Of a stretch of DNA of 64,000 nt, positions 1 through 10,254 are shown piece by piece. The notes beneath the pieces were generated by a model that worked only from the letters and a program-made list of their open reading frames with translations, was not told the DNA's origin and did not search any database. The position numbers and the translations under genes are program-made. Position 1 is the first letter of the stretch. Every line of letters starts with the position of its first letter. Source of the DNA: Myxococcota bacterium (GTDB lineage: Bacteria; Myxococcota_A; Polyangia; Nannocystales; Nannocystaceae); contig JBCCHT010000016.1 of assembly GCA_039028615.1 (NCBI GenBank), forward strand, positions 64,001 to 128,000. The letters are read 5' to 3'.

Positions 1-23
1 GACGACAATACCACGGCGTCCGG

Positions 24-635
24 CTACGGATTGACGTGCACGACCCGAAAGCGGTCGGAGCCCAGGGTGAACGCGCCCGCATTGGTCGCCACGCTCCCGC
101 CCAGGGCCAGCACGGGCAGGGCGAAGAGCAGGCCTGCGCCGCCCTGATCGGTGTCGAAGGCGGAGTCGAAGGACCACTCGCCGTCATCGGGACGAGCGAT
201 GAAGGTCTCGGGCGGACCGAGGGTGGTGCCCGCCTGGGCCCGCACCCCGATGTTCTGGCCGCGGGCGCGGATCCACGTGCCGTGGGCCTCGCTCTGGAAC
301 GACACGCTCTCGTCACCGAAGCAGGAGCACTGCACCGTCCACTGGAACTCCTGGAGCGTGCGACCCAACGCAGCCGCGGTGTTGATGTCGGCGTGCCGGA
401 CTTCGCCGCCGGGGTTGGTGTAGATGGCCGTGGCCTGGGGACGATCGAGGACGTTGATATAGACCGCCTCGCCGTCGAACTCGCGGCAAAAGGGATTGTT
501 GGCGCCGAAGTTCGCGGTGCGAACCGTGTCGTCGGCGAGATCTTCGTCGGCCTCCGGATCGCACGCGGTGACGGAGCCCAAGGCCATGGCCAAGGTGAGG
601 AGGATTCGGGTCGATTGTTGGAGAGCGCCGTACAT
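24..635 (-). CDS. Putative lipoprotein, possible fascin-like beta-trefoil domain
   Basis: Start moved to ATG 635 (MYGALQQ...). Hydrophobic signal ends in LGSVTAC. The segment 'VSFQSEAHGTWIRA...GPPETF...WSFDS' resembles fascin repeats. Confidence 0.5.
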   Translation of the reverse strand: MYGALQQSTRILLTLAMALGSVTACDPEADEDLADDTVRTANFGANNPFCREFDGEAVYINVLDRPQATAIYTNPGGEVRHADINTAAALGRTLQEFQWTVQCSCFGDESVSFQSEAHGTWIRARGQNIGVRAQAGTTLGPPETFIARPDDGEWSFDSAFDTDQGGAGLLFALPVLALGGSVATNAGAFTLGSDRFRVVHVNP

Positions 636-825
636 AGGGGTCCATCGAGAGGCCTCGCGGCGCCACCCCTTCGCCACTTCGCACCCGCGTCGTGGGGGGT
701 CACATCTCGCGAACGACCTGCGAAATGTCTGTTCCCCAGCCCCAGCCCGATTCTTCAACGCGCAGGAAAAATCGTCACGGCGTTGGGCTCGCCGCGACGA
801 TGAGTCACGGCCGGTAAGGTCCGCG

Positions 826-3800
826 TTACGCCGGTTCTCGCTCGCGGAGCCACGCCTCGACCGCAGCCCGATCTTTGCTCGCCTTGGCCTCGGGGACCTT
901 CTGATAGGTCTCGCGCGCGTCTCGAGCGAGCCGCAGCGCGCGGGGTCGAGCGCCGCCCGCGTCGGCCTCGAGTTCCCACAGCACCTGGGCGGCGACGAAG
1001 TGGCTCTTGGCGACCTCCTCGGGGGAGTCGTCGCCTTTGGCGACCAGCGCGAGTCCCCGCTCGGCATGAGACAGCGCGGCCTCGGTGTCGCCTTCTTCGA
1101 GGTACACGAGCGCCAGGCCCTGCGCGATGCGATTGGCGGCGCTGCCCTCGAGTCGCTCGGTCCCCTGTTGGAGCGACAGCGCGCGCTCGAGTCGCTGCCT
1201 GGCCTGGCGTCGGTCCCCGCGTTCGAGCGCGAGCTGGCCGATGCGGCTGAGGGGGCCGGCGAGCGACTCGTGCGTGGGGCCGTGCCGCTGGGTCATGCTG
1301 TCGAGCACTCGCTCGTAGAACTTCATCGCTTCGTCGTACTCGCCGAGCGAGGCCGCGATGGAGCCGAGGTGAGAGAAGGCCTTGAGCGTGTGCGGGTGCT
1401 CGGCGCCGAGCAGCTTCTCCAGCATGTCGGCGCCCCGCTTGCCCACCGATCGGGCTTCCGTGTAGTTGCCCCGCCCGTCGGCGATGAACGACAGGTTCAT
1501 CAGCGTGATCGCCATTTGGGGATGCTCGGGGCCGAGCGCGGCGCGACGGATCTTCAGGGCCCGCCGATGCTGGGCCTCGGCCGTATCGAGCTCACCCAGG
1601 CCTTGGTAGACGAGCGCGAGGTTGTTGAGCGCGGTGGCGATCTGAGGGTGCTCGGGGTCGACCGAGGCCTCGTAGAGCGCCAGCGAGCGCTCGAGGGCGG
1701 CCTTGGCCTCGTCGGCGTTGCCCATCCGATGATGGAATAGACCCAAGTTGCTCAGCGCCGCGGCCACCAGCGGATGGTTGGCCCCGTAGGCGTACTCCAG
1801 TCGCTCGAGGGCCTCGGTCTGGAGCTCGATGGCCCCCGGGAGGTCACCTTCCGCGTTGGCGCTCGCGGCCAGGTTACCGAGCATGGAGGCGACCTGGGGG
1901 TGGTCTTTGCCGAAGGTCTCCTCGCGAAGTCGACGCGCGCGCTCGAAGTTCTCGCGGGCTTTGTCGTGGTCGCCCTTGTTGAGGTAAATCGCCGCGACCT
2001 GGTTGGCGAGGTTGGCCGTGCGCGGGCCGTCGTCGGGCTCGAGCTTGCGGGCGTAGACCTCGGCGATCTTGGCCCAGGCGAGGCCTTCGCCGTGGCGGGA
2101 GCGTCGATACCCCACGACGTAGGCGAGCGAGGCCGAGGCCGTGGCCGCGGTCTCCAGGGCGTCGGCCACCCCGGCCTCGCTGAAGGCCTGGATGAAGGTG
2201 CGTTCGGCCTCCTCGTAAAGCCCCTGCTCGAGCTGAATCGTGCCGACCTGAGTGCGTGCCGCGGAGATGAGGGCCGGCTCGCCGAGCTGCTCGGCGAGGT
2301 CGAGGGCCTGCCGAGCCGCGCCCTCGGCCGCGCTGAAATCGGAGACCGCGTGCAGGTCCATGGAGCGAGCGATTCGCTCGTGTACCGACAGCACGGCCTC
2401 GCGGGCTTCGGGTGGATGAGAGGGGCGCAGACGCAGATACCGGGGATCGAGGCAGGACTCGAGCTGCGGCAGGCGAGCGGCCGAGGCCACCGCCTCGCTC
2501 ACCGCCTTCTCGTCCGGGTTCTGCAGTCGCGTGGCCAACAGCGGCAGGTGCAAGCGGTGGGTCTCGAGGCACTCGACCGCTCGCTCGGCGAGCTCGGGAT
2601 CGAAGCGCTCCTCGATCTCGGTCGCCATGCACAGATCGGTGCGATGGTCCTGCCACGAAGACGCCCAGCGAGTGATGCGAGGCAGCGCGTTCACGACCGC
2701 GTCGGGGGCGTAGACCAGCCCGGTGTCGAGCATGGCGCGGCGCGCTTGGGCTTCGGTATCCTCGGACCACTGCTCGGTGATCGCCGCGCCCAGGGTCTCG
2801 CATTCGGAGACCTGCTGCTGCTTGTGGTACTGGTGGAAACCTACCGCCCCCACCGCGAGGGCACCCAACGTTGCGCTCGCCAACAGCAAGGGGCGCCGAC
2901 GCCCGTGCCCGATGCCGGCCTCGATCGTGAGCAATAGATCGGCCATCGAGGGATGGCGGTCGGTCGGCTTTGCCGATAGGCCCCGCATCAGCGCGCGCCG
3001 CAGCCATCGCGGGCCCTTCGACGCGGTGGACACCTGGATGTCGCCCTGGACGACTATCATCGCCAGCTGCACGCGGCTCGACGCGCCGTAGGGGTGCTTG
3101 CCGTAGACCGCTTCCCACAGGGCGACACAGAACGCGAACTGATCCGCGGCCGCCCCCGCTTCTTCGCGGAGGTGCTGCTCGGGCGCCATATAGGCTGGCG
3201 TCCCGAGCACGCTGCCGACCTCGGTCAGCGGGTTCTCGAGGGCGTCGTTGCTCGGGACCGCCAGCTCGATGTCCTCGGGGATCGTCTCGTGGTCGATGCC
3301 GGAGCCGGTGGGTCGAGCCAGGCCGAAGTCGAGCACGCGGACCCGCCCGTCTTCGCCGACCATGACGTTGTCTGGCTTGAAGTCGCGGTGGACGATGCCC
3401 TTTTTGTGCGCCTCGGCCAGGCCGCGCCCCGCGTGCAGGTACATCTCGATGAGTTCTCTTTGGGGTCGCTGCTCCTCGCGGGCCCAGGCCCCGAGGGTCA
3501 CGCCCTCGACGAAGTCCATCGCGATGTAGACCCCGCCCTCGTACTCGCCGACGTCGTGCACGCTGACCACGTTGGGGTGGTCGAGCTTGGCGAGGGCTTG
3601 GGCCTCGCGGAGCAGGCGTCGCTGGGCACGTTCGGTCGAGGCCGGCGACGACCGAGTCACCGCGGGGTGCAGCAGCTTCAGCGCCACCCGCCGATCGAGC
3701 TCTGGATCGTAGGCGACGTACACCACCCCCATTCCACCCACCCCGAGCCGGCTGAGCACGACGTAGCGCCCCACCGTCTGACCGCGCATGAACGAAGCGG

Positions 3801-3912
3801 TCCGGCGAGGCGGCGGGCTGACCTCCTCGTCCGCGTCGGTGAGGGGGACCCCGGGAAGGGTGGGAGCGGCCTCGGAAGGTCCGTCGAAGTCTTGCTGATT
3901 AGGGGTACGCAC
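826..3912 (-). CDS. Ser/Thr protein kinase with TM segment and C-terminal TPR repeats
   Basis: GVGGMGVVY, VALKLL, HRDFKPDN, DFGLAR and GTPAYMAPE motifs; repeated 'GPEHPQ.A..L.NL' TPR units. Confidence 0.95.
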   Translation of the reverse strand: MRTPNQQDFDGPSEAAPTLPGVPLTDADEEVSPPPRRTASFMRGQTVGRYVVLSRLGVGGMGVVYVAYDPELDRRVALKLLHPAVTRSSPASTERAQRRLLREAQALAKLDHPNVVSVHDVGEYEGGVYIAMDFVEGVTLGAWAREEQRPQRELIEMYLHAGRGLAEAHKKGIVHRDFKPDNVMVGEDGRVRVLDFGLARPTGSGIDHETIPEDIELAVPSNDALENPLTEVGSVLGTPAYMAPEQHLREEAGAAADQFAFCVALWEAVYGKHPYGASSRVQLAMIVVQGDIQVSTASKGPRWLRRALMRGLSAKPTDRHPSMADLLLTIEAGIGHGRRRPLLLASATLGALAVGAVGFHQYHKQQQVSECETLGAAITEQWSEDTEAQARRAMLDTGLVYAPDAVVNALPRITRWASSWQDHRTDLCMATEIEERFDPELAERAVECLETHRLHLPLLATRLQNPDEKAVSEAVASAARLPQLESCLDPRYLRLRPSHPPEAREAVLSVHERIARSMDLHAVSDFSAAEGAARQALDLAEQLGEPALISAARTQVGTIQLEQGLYEEAERTFIQAFSEAGVADALETAATASASLAYVVGYRRSRHGEGLAWAKIAEVYARKLEPDDGPRTANLANQVAAIYLNKGDHDKARENFERARRLREETFGKDHPQVASMLGNLAASANAEGDLPGAIELQTEALERLEYAYGANHPLVAAALSNLGLFHHRMGNADEAKAALERSLALYEASVDPEHPQIATALNNLALVYQGLGELDTAEAQHRRALKIRRAALGPEHPQMAITLMNLSFIADGRGNYTEARSVGKRGADMLEKLLGAEHPHTLKAFSHLGSIAASLGEYDEAMKFYERVLDSMTQRHGPTHESLAGPLSRIGQLALERGDRRQARQRLERALSLQQGTERLEGSAANRIAQGLALVYLEEGDTEAALSHAERGLALVAKGDDSPEEVAKSHFVAAQVLWELEADAGGARPRALRLARDARETYQKVPEAKASKDRAAVEAWLREREPA

Positions 3913-4318
3913 GGGAAAACGTCACCGTTGGTCCGAAGCTCGACGTGCGCCGCCCGCCCCAGCGAACGCGCCGGGGCAAGTGTGGCCAGTTTCAACGTTG
4001 ACCCATACTGTCGCCCTCGTGCAACGCCGGGCCCAATGTTTCAGGGATTCCCCGCGAACGGGCCTGCAAATCGAGCAGGACGCCGATCTGCGGAATCTTC
4101 CGACTGTGCAGATTTCGGCCTCCGCTGAAAGGGCCGATCGCGTGCGCTCGGTTCGCCACCGGGAGCCGTAACATCGGAGGTCTTTGTTCCGGTTCGTGCA
4201 CATGTCTGGCCGGGAGCAGTGCCGGGCGCGAGTGGGCGGTTCGCTCGCCACCCGTGCCGCGGGACTGGCCCATGAGTGCGGTCGGCCGCGCGCTTCAACA
4301 ACGCAACGGAGCAGAGCC

Positions 4319-5248
4319 ATGGATGTCCTTCACAGTGTCCTCATCACGGGTGCCAACGCCGGCCTCGGCAAGGAAACCGCGCGTCAGCTGGCGCTCCAAG
4401 ACGGGATCGAGAAGATCTACCTGGGTTGTCGCAACGAATCCCGGGCCCTCGCGGCCAAGCAGTCCCTCGAGGAGTCTACCGGCAAGTCGGTGTTCGAGAT
4501 CGTGCTCATCGACGTGTCGTCGCCGGAGTCGGTGCGGGCGGCCGTCGCTTCGCTGGACGAGCCCGTCGACGCGCTGGTCATGAACGCGGGAGGCATGGGC
4601 GGTAAAGAGCCCGACGCTCGGACCGCCGACGGGGTCATACAGCTCGTCGCCGTCAACGTGCTCGGCCATGTCGTCCTGCTCGACGAGCTCATGGCCGCGG
4701 GCAAGCTGTCCAAGGTCGCCATCTATGCCGGGTCCGAGGCGGCGCGCGGCGTGCCCAAGATGGGCATCAAGCGGCCCACGCTCGCCAGCTCGTCGGTCGA
4801 CGACTTCGCTGCGATCTGCGATGGCTCGTATTTCGGAGACAAGAAGGTCGACCCCATGGTCGCCTACGCGCAGGCCAAGTACTTGGCGGCGATGTGGATG
4901 GCTTCGGTGGCGCGTCGTCACCCCGAGCTTCGCATCGTGACCGTCAGCCCGGGCGGCACCAACGGCACCAACATCATGGACGACCTGCCGCCCTTCATGA
5001 AGTTCATGTTCAGAGCTCTCGGCAAACGAGTGATGCCGCTCTTCGGCCTGATGCACTCGGTCGACGCGGGGGCCAAGCGCTACGTCGACGTGCTCAACGA
5101 CGACAACTTCCGCAGCGGGGTCTTCTACGCGAGCAAGGCACCGACGCTCACGGGTGAGATCATCGATCAGAGCTCGATCTTCCCCGACCTGAGCAACCCG
5201 CGATACCAAGACAACGCCAACGAAGCCGTGCATCGCTTCATCGCTTGA
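4319..5248 (+). CDS. Short-chain dehydrogenase/reductase (SDR)
   Basis: TGANAGLG Rossmann motif, NAG, YAQAK (YxxxK); start at ATG 4319. Confidence 0.9.
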   Translation: MDVLHSVLITGANAGLGKETARQLALQDGIEKIYLGCRNESRALAAKQSLEESTGKSVFEIVLIDVSSPESVRAAVASLDEPVDALVMNAGGMGGKEPDARTADGVIQLVAVNVLGHVVLLDELMAAGKLSKVAIYAGSEAARGVPKMGIKRPTLASSSVDDFAAICDGSYFGDKKVDPMVAYAQAKYLAAMWMASVARRHPELRIVTVSPGGTNGTNIMDDLPPFMKFMFRALGKRVMPLFGLMHSVDAGAKRYVDVLNDDNFRSGVFYASKAPTLTGEIIDQSSIFPDLSNPRYQDNANEAVHRFIA

Positions 5249-5294
5249 TGCTCGCTTCAGGGGCCCGGCGGGTGGCGAGGTGTCGTGATGCTTC

Positions 5295-6197
5295 GTGGTA
5301 CACCCGTCCGCGGTGACCCTCGTGCCGCCCGAGTTCGTCGAGACCGCGCAAGGTCGCTTTGCCGTGCTCTCGGTCGGAGACGCCGAGGCTCCGCTGGTGC
5401 TTTGCGCCCACGGCTTTCCCGATCACCCGCCGAGCTTCGGCCCGCTGCTGTGTAGGCTCGCCGACGCGGGATATCGGGCCGTCGCGCCGTGGATGCGGGG
5501 CTATCGGCCGTCCGTGCATCACGGCCCCTACCACGCCGACCAGCTCGCGGCCGATCTCCTCGCGATCGCTGATGCGTTGGGCGCCGACGAGCGCACCGCC
5601 ATCGTCGGCCACGACTGGGGGGCGGTGGCTACCTACGCCGCGCTGCAGCGGGCGCCCCAGCGTTTCCGTCGAGCGGTGACCATGGCGGTGCCGCACCCGG
5701 CCGCCTTTCTCGGCGCGGTCCCTCGGCGACCGAAGCAGCTCGTTCGCAGCTGGTACATGATGTTCTTCCAGCTGCCGCGCGTGCCCGAGCGAGCGCTCGC
5801 TCGCCGCGACCACGCGCTGATCCGCCGCTTGTGGCGAGACTGGTCTCCGGGCTACGCGCTTCCCGACGACCGATGGCAGGCCCTACGCGACTGTCTGGCC
5901 GAGAGCATGCCCGCGCCCATCGAGTACTACCGTGCCATCACTCGCCCCGCTGCCGAAGCGCTGGCGCGGACCCGTCGGCAGTTCGATGACGGCACCATTC
6001 ACACGCCGACGCTGTACCTCCACGGGGCCGACGACGGCTGTATCGCACCCGAGCTCGCCCACGAACAAGGGCAGTTCTTCGCCGCCGAGTACCAGCCGAT
6101 CGTACTGCCCGGCGTGGGCCACTTCCTGCAGCTGGAAGCGCCCGACCTCGTCGCCGACCACGTGCTGAAGTGGTTGGGCCCCGCGCGCTCTGGGTGA
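5295..6197 (+). CDS. Alpha/beta hydrolase (epoxide hydrolase-like)
   Basis: HGFP, GHDWG nucleophile elbow, C-terminal GHF. Confidence 0.9.
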   Translation: MVHPSAVTLVPPEFVETAQGRFAVLSVGDAEAPLVLCAHGFPDHPPSFGPLLCRLADAGYRAVAPWMRGYRPSVHHGPYHADQLAADLLAIADALGADERTAIVGHDWGAVATYAALQRAPQRFRRAVTMAVPHPAAFLGAVPRRPKQLVRSWYMMFFQLPRVPERALARRDHALIRRLWRDWSPGYALPDDRWQALRDCLAESMPAPIEYYRAITRPAAEALARTRRQFDDGTIHTPTLYLHGADDGCIAPELAHEQGQFFAAEYQPIVLPGVGHFLQLEAPDLVADHVLKWLGPARSG

Positions 6198-6201
6198 TCG
6201 C

Positions 6202-6966
6202 TCAGGCGAGCGAGCCGCCGTCGATGACCAGCACCTGCCCGGTGATGAACGAGGCGAAGTCCGAGGCCAAGAACGCCGCCGAAGGCCCGATGTCCTCGGG
6301 CAACCCCAAGCGCGTCAGCGGCTGGTCGCCGATGAGCTGCTTCATGCGGCTCTCGTCCTGCCAGTAGTACGCGGAAAAATCGGTCTTGATGAGCCCGGGC
6401 GCGATCGCGTTGACGCGAACACCATGGGGCCCGAACTCCCGCGCCCAGTTGCGGGTGAACATGATGAGCCCCGCCTTGGTGAAGCTGTACAAGAGCCCGC
6501 CCGGCTGGGGCTTGAGGCCGGAGATCGACACGATGTTGAGCACGGAGCCGCCGCTCTTTCGCTCGATCATGCGAGGCACGATGCGGTTGACCAGACGAAA
6601 CGCCGACTTGACGTTGACGTCGATCATCTTGTCGAGCATGTCGGTGTTGGTCTTCAGCGAGGGTCCCTGACCGATGTTGGTCGCGGCGTTGTTGACGAGG
6701 ATGTCCACCGGGCCGAGGTCGGACTCGATGCCATCGACCAACGCGTCGATCTGCTCGGGGCGCCCGACGTGGCACGCCCGCGGGACGACGCGCCCCGGCA
6801 GCCCATCGAGCTGTTGCGCCGTCTCGTCGAGGGCCTCCTGCTTGCGGCTGGCGATGACCACGGTGGCCCCGGCCTGCGCCAAGCAGCGGGCGATGTCGCG
6901 GCCGATGCCCCGACTGCCTCCCGTGACCAGAGCGACCTTGTCCTCGAGCAAAATCGAAAGCGCCAT
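6202..6966 (-). CDS. SDR oxidoreductase (DHRS4/FabG-like)
   Basis: [28 protein letters not shown]. Confidence 0.92.
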   Translation of the reverse strand: MALSILLEDKVALVTGGSRGIGRDIARCLAQAGATVVIASRKQEALDETAQQLDGLPGRVVPRACHVGRPEQIDALVDGIESDLGPVDILVNNAATNIGQGPSLKTNTDMLDKMIDVNVKSAFRLVNRIVPRMIERKSGGSVLNIVSISGLKPQPGGLLYSFTKAGLIMFTRNWAREFGPHGVRVNAIAPGLIKTDFSAYYWQDESRMKQLIGDQPLTRLGLPEDIGPSAAFLASDFASFITGQVLVIDGGSLA

Positions 6967-7052
6967 GACCCGCACGGTACCGCGGATCGTTCGGCACGCC
7001 GAGCACGTCGCCGGGCCGAAGTCACCGCGTCCGCGCAGGACGTACGCCGATC

Positions 7053-7634
7053 TCAGTCGTCGTGGAACCAACAGACCGGCTTGCAGGAGGTCTTTGCGAT
7101 GGCGTCGTCATGCTTGATGATCTCCTTTGGATCGGCACCCGCTGCGTTGCACGCTCCCTTGAACGCACCGGACGCGGCGGTGCAGATGATCAGCGCGAGG
7201 CCATCGGTCTCGAGATCCAAGGCCGCATTGCACGAGGCCCATAGGGCGCCGGTCGCCTCGCTACAGTTCCAGCCCAGGTCATCCATCACCTTGGCGGTGT
7301 CGTCGACGGAGGTCTTGATCGCGGATTTGCATATGCCGCAAATCCCTCCCAGCTCGGCCTTGTCGTCGAGATCGCAGACGAAATCGTCGCACTCGGGACA
7401 CTCGCAGCACGCCGAGTTCACGCAGCTGGTCGGAGCCTCCGTGGTCTGCGGGCCGTCACAGTAGTTCTCGACCCTGAACCCTCGGGGTTCGATAGGAGTG
7501 TCGTGGAACCGAAAATACGGATGAGAGCGAGGAGCGAGCCTCCTGTTTGGGAGTGCCCCGGCGGCGGAACTATTCAGAGCGCCCGCTCGTCCACCGCGCA
7601 GATTGTGGCGCCGCACCGTGGCCTCGGTTTCCAT
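7053..7634 (-). CDS. Cys-rich hypothetical protein (start uncertain)
   Basis: The C-terminal ~135 aa are Cys-rich and protein-like; the N-terminal part may be non-coding. Confidence 0.45.
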   Translation of the reverse strand: METEATVRRHNLRGGRAGALNSSAAGALPNRRLAPRSHPYFRFHDTPIEPRGFRVENYCDGPQTTEAPTSCVNSACCECPECDDFVCDLDDKAELGGICGICKSAIKTSVDDTAKVMDDLGWNCSEATGALWASCNAALDLETDGLALIICTAASGAFKGACNAAGADPKEIIKHDDAIAKTSCKPVCWFHDD

Positions 7635-7663
7635 CCGGGAACGGTGGTACCCGCCGCCGAGGC

Positions 7664-8620
7664 CTAGCTGCGGGGGACATTGGAGATGGTCGCGCCGGGC
7701 TGAGCTTCCCGGAGGGCGTTGATCTCCTGCGAAGATGCGCGAGTCCGGGTCAGCACCACATGTTCGAGCTGGGGCAGCGCGTGCAACGGACGTAGATCGG
7801 TCACCGGGGTGTCGTCGAGACGAATCACGCGGAGTTCATGGCCCTCGGCGACAGGAGTGAGATCGGAGATGGTCGTGCAACACAACGATAGTTCTTGGAG
7901 CTTCGGAGCCGCACGCAGCGTGTCGATCTCGGTGATCGCGGAGTGATCGAGGATGAGATGTGTGAGCTGTGGCCACGTCCGCGAGGGCAGCTTCGGCGCC
8001 TGTACTTCATCGAGGTCGAGGTATCGCAGCGGGGCTGCTTGCAGCGGCTCGAGGTCGACGACCGCGCACGATGTCAGCTCGAGATGGGCGAGGTTCGGCA
8101 GTCCGTGAAGTGGGGAGAGATCGACCACTGCAGTTTCGTTGAGCAACAGAAATTCGAGCGATGGACAATGGGACAGCGGCTCGAGCCCGACTACCCGGCT
8201 CTCGTCGGCGTCGAGCGAGTGTAGCTGCGTGAGCCCTGCAAGTGGCGTGAGGTCATCAACCGCCGTGCGCCCGAGCTGAAGCAGGCGTAGCTCCGGCAGC
8301 GAGGCGATGGCCGTGAGGTCGGAGACCGAGGTATCGGCGAGCAACAACGTCCGCAGCGGGAGCCCGGCCAACGCGGAGAGATCGGACACGCCCGTGTGTT
8401 CGACGTCCAGGTGACGCAGGTTCTCGAGCGCGGCGAGTGGTGCAATGTCGGTGCACGAACCACGAACGAGGAGCTCCCGTAGCTCGGTGAGCTGCGATAG
8501 TTCGTGGATTTGTTGGTCGTCCGCCTTCCGCACCGACAGCTTCCGTCGTGCGCGCGGAACGGGCTGGCCACCCACGCGGACGACATCGGCGAGCGGCTGT
8601 CGGCGGGTCTTCGGCGGCAC
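7664..8620 (-). CDS. Leucine-rich repeat protein (internalin-like LRR)
   Basis: Repeated 'L..L.L..T.V.DL.PL' 22-aa units. Confidence 0.9.
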   Translation of the reverse strand: MPPKTRRQPLADVVRVGGQPVPRARRKLSVRKADDQQIHELSQLTELRELLVRGSCTDIAPLAALENLRHLDVEHTGVSDLSALAGLPLRTLLLADTSVSDLTAIASLPELRLLQLGRTAVDDLTPLAGLTQLHSLDADESRVVGLEPLSHCPSLEFLLLNETAVVDLSPLHGLPNLAHLELTSCAVVDLEPLQAAPLRYLDLDEVQAPKLPSRTWPQLTHLILDHSAITEIDTLRAAPKLQELSLCCTTISDLTPVAEGHELRVIRLDDTPVTDLRPLHALPQLEHVVLTRTRASSQEINALREAQPGATISNVPRS

Positions 8621-8739
8621 CCCCCGAGTCTAGGACATGTCGGCTTCAGCCGACCCGCGGTGGCGCGTCGGCCTCAATTGGCAACGCGGCCCTCGTCGAT
8701 GAGGGCCGCGTCGTCACTTCGTGAGGGGTTGGGATGAAC

Positions 8740-10254
8740 TCAGACTTCGTAGAGCACGTCGAGGTAGCGCTCGAGCACGTCGGAGATGGCTCCGCGCACG
8801 GGGAGCGTCCCGGCGAGGCCGTAGATCGGGGCCATGCCGCCCTCGCTCTTGGGCTGGGTCTTGACGTGCGCGACGGCGTCGCGGAGGTCGGAGAGGAAGC
8901 GCTCGGCCACGCCCTCCTGGGTGTGCCGCAGGGTGACGCACAGGTGCACGCAGGCGGGTCGGTGCAGGCCGTTGAGGTTCCAGCGCCGATGGGTCATGAA
9001 GTCGAGGATGCGGTAGATGTCGAGGTCGTCGGAGGCGAAGGCGATGACCCACAGGGGGTCGCCCAGCACCTTCAGGCCGTCGATCTGCTCGATGCCCGCG
9101 CGCACGGTGGCGGCGGTCTCGAGGATCTTCTTGGTGGCTGCCCGATAACCGTCGGCGCCGATCGAGACCATCGCGGCCCAGCAGGCGGCCGACAGCGCGC
9201 CCGGGCGGCTGCCCGCGAAGGTCGGCGACAGGTAGAGCCCCCCCGGCCAGTCGGTGGTGGTGTACCACTGGAAGCGACGCAGCTCGGGGCTACGGTAGAG
9301 CACGACGGAGGTGCCCTTGGCGGCGTAGCCGTACTTGTGGGTATCGGCGGAGATCGACGTGACGCCGGGCAGGCGGAAGTCGAACTTGGGCACGGGATAG
9401 CCGAGATCCGTGGCCCAGGGCAGCACGAAGCCGCCGAGGCAGGCGTCGACGTGGAAGCCGATGCCGCGGCTGCGGGCGAGCTCGGACAGCGACTCGATGG
9501 GATCGATGACGCCGTGCGGGAAGGCGGGCGTGGAGCCCACGACGACGGCGGTGTTCTTGGTCAGCGCCTTGCGAGTGGCGGCGACGTCGGCTCGGAAGTC
9601 GGGGCCGACGGGGACCTTGACCATCTCGATGCCGAAGTAGCGGCTGGCCTTGTCGAAGGCGGCGTGGGCGGTGGTGGGCACGACCATCTGCGGGTTTCGG
9701 ATGCCCCGCTTGTCCCGCGCGTAGTCGCGGTAGGTCTTCATCGCGAGCATGATGCTCTCGGTGCCGCCCGACGAGACGGCGCCGCAGACCTCGTCGTCTT
9801 CACCCACGTGGGCCGAGCCGAGCATGTGGCCGGTCATGGCGACGATCTCGGCCTCGTACTTGACCACGCTGGGCCACAGGTCGGCGTGCAGCGGGTTGGC
9901 CTGCGAGCAGCGGGCGTAGATCTGGTTGAGGAAATCGATGTGCTCGTTGTCGCCGTGGTAGACGGCGCCCGAGACGTAGCCGTCGCGCCAGCGCGAGGCC
10001 TCTTCGGACTGGAGGGTGTCGATCTCGTCGAGGATGTCCTGGCGGGCGCGGCCCTGCTCGGGCAGCCGAGTGACGCGCTCGAGCCGGTCGCGGTAGGGCT
10101 TGGCCGACTCCCGCATGCCCTCGAGCATGCTGGCGTACTCGGCCTCGAGGCGGGCGCGCACGAAGGGCACGCGCTTGGCGTAGCGGAAGGCGGTCGAGAG
10201 CACGCGCTCGCCTCGTTGGCGGAGGCGCTGGCGGGTCTGGTCGATGAGTTTCAC
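8740..10254 (-). CDS. PLP-dependent sphingosine-1-phosphate lyase-like enzyme
   Basis: [38 protein letters not shown] (PLP Lys), GSRPG, NGLH.P..H.CVT. Confidence 0.88.
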   Translation of the reverse strand: MKLIDQTRQRLRQRGERVLSTAFRYAKRVPFVRARLEAEYASMLEGMRESAKPYRDRLERVTRLPEQGRARQDILDEIDTLQSEEASRWRDGYVSGAVYHGDNEHIDFLNQIYARCSQANPLHADLWPSVVKYEAEIVAMTGHMLGSAHVGEDDEVCGAVSSGGTESIMLAMKTYRDYARDKRGIRNPQMVVPTTAHAAFDKASRYFGIEMVKVPVGPDFRADVAATRKALTKNTAVVVGSTPAFPHGVIDPIESLSELARSRGIGFHVDACLGGFVLPWATDLGYPVPKFDFRLPGVTSISADTHKYGYAAKGTSVVLYRSPELRRFQWYTTTDWPGGLYLSPTFAGSRPGALSAACWAAMVSIGADGYRAATKKILETAATVRAGIEQIDGLKVLGDPLWVIAFASDDLDIYRILDFMTHRRWNLNGLHRPACVHLCVTLRHTQEGVAERFLSDLRDAVAHVKTQPKSEGGMAPIYGLAGTLPVRGAISDVLERYLDVLYEV

